Positions 60,896-64,000 of a stretch of DNA of 64,000 nucleotides are shown piece by piece. The translations under genes and the position numbers were made by a program. The notes under the pieces were generated by a model. That model ran no database searches. It saw only the letters and a list, made by a program, of their open reading frames with translations, and was not told where the DNA came from. Position 1 is the first letter of the stretch. Each line of letters starts with the position of its first letter. Source of the stretch: the human T2T-CHM13v2.0 reference genome, Homo sapiens; assembly GCF_009914755.1 (NCBI RefSeq), contig NC_060940.1; one strand, given 5' to 3'.

Positions 60896-61317
60896 GCCGC
60901 GCCGCCGCCGCGGGGTCCGCCCCACCTCACTCCCCAGAGCACGCAGCTCCGCCCACCGCTCACGGAGTCCGGGCGGGCACCGACACCGCCCAAATCCCCG
61001 CCCCCAACGGGCCACGCCCTGCACCCTACGTAAATGCACGGAAGCCTTCCCCGCCCGCAGCCCAGTCTTGGCCCCACCGGTCACGACCCCGCTCACGGAG
61101 TCTGCGCAGGCGCCGTCGCGGGGCGTGGAGAAGCTGCTCCCTTGGGATAAGGCCCGCGGGGAATACTTGGAACCTTGACACCGCTGTAGTCTGCTCTCGC
61201 CGCGCTGGGTTTTAGGAGCCGTAACGACAATAATCGTGTCCACCATTCTCACTACAGGCCCCGAAGCACGTAGGTGCCGTTTTTTATCCCAACTTAACTG
61301 AAGAAAAAAAAAACACG

Positions 61318-63384
<2,067 letters not shown>

Positions 63385-63458
63385 TCTTGGCCACTTTTTA
63401 TACCAAGATCAAGTTGCTCGGGGTTTGAGGAGGGAATGGGGCAGAGGAATATATATGT

Positions 63459-64000
<542 letters not shown>

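Overview
Primate (human-like) genomic DNA, very rich in Alu elements. It holds almost all of TXNDC11 (EFP1), an ER thioredoxin/PDI-family ERAD factor, on the minus strand. I traced coding exons 1-11 by GT-AG boundaries and continuous reading frame (254+217+98+130+94+113+201+793+143+110+81 = 2234 nt). There is also an in-frame 81-nt cassette exon carved from an old L1; the last coding exon lies beyond position 1. The promoter and exon 1 sit in a CpG island at about 59.75-61.35 kb. Introns contain about 55 Alu copies or fragments plus L1, L2, MIR, MLT1 and DNA-transposon relics. Nearly all other entries in the ORF track are repeat-derived noise. I see no foreign insert and no new gene. The most interesting signal is at the 5' end. 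An AUG-UAA start-stop element overlaps Met1, three AUGs in three different frames fall within 16 nt, and no AUG follows until Met58. A TATA-like box is placed to start transcripts past Met1, and an exact UPRE lies upstream. Together these could set the ratio of membrane-anchored to soluble TXNDC11; this is inference. Repeat family names and boundaries are from recall and by eye, so they are approximate.
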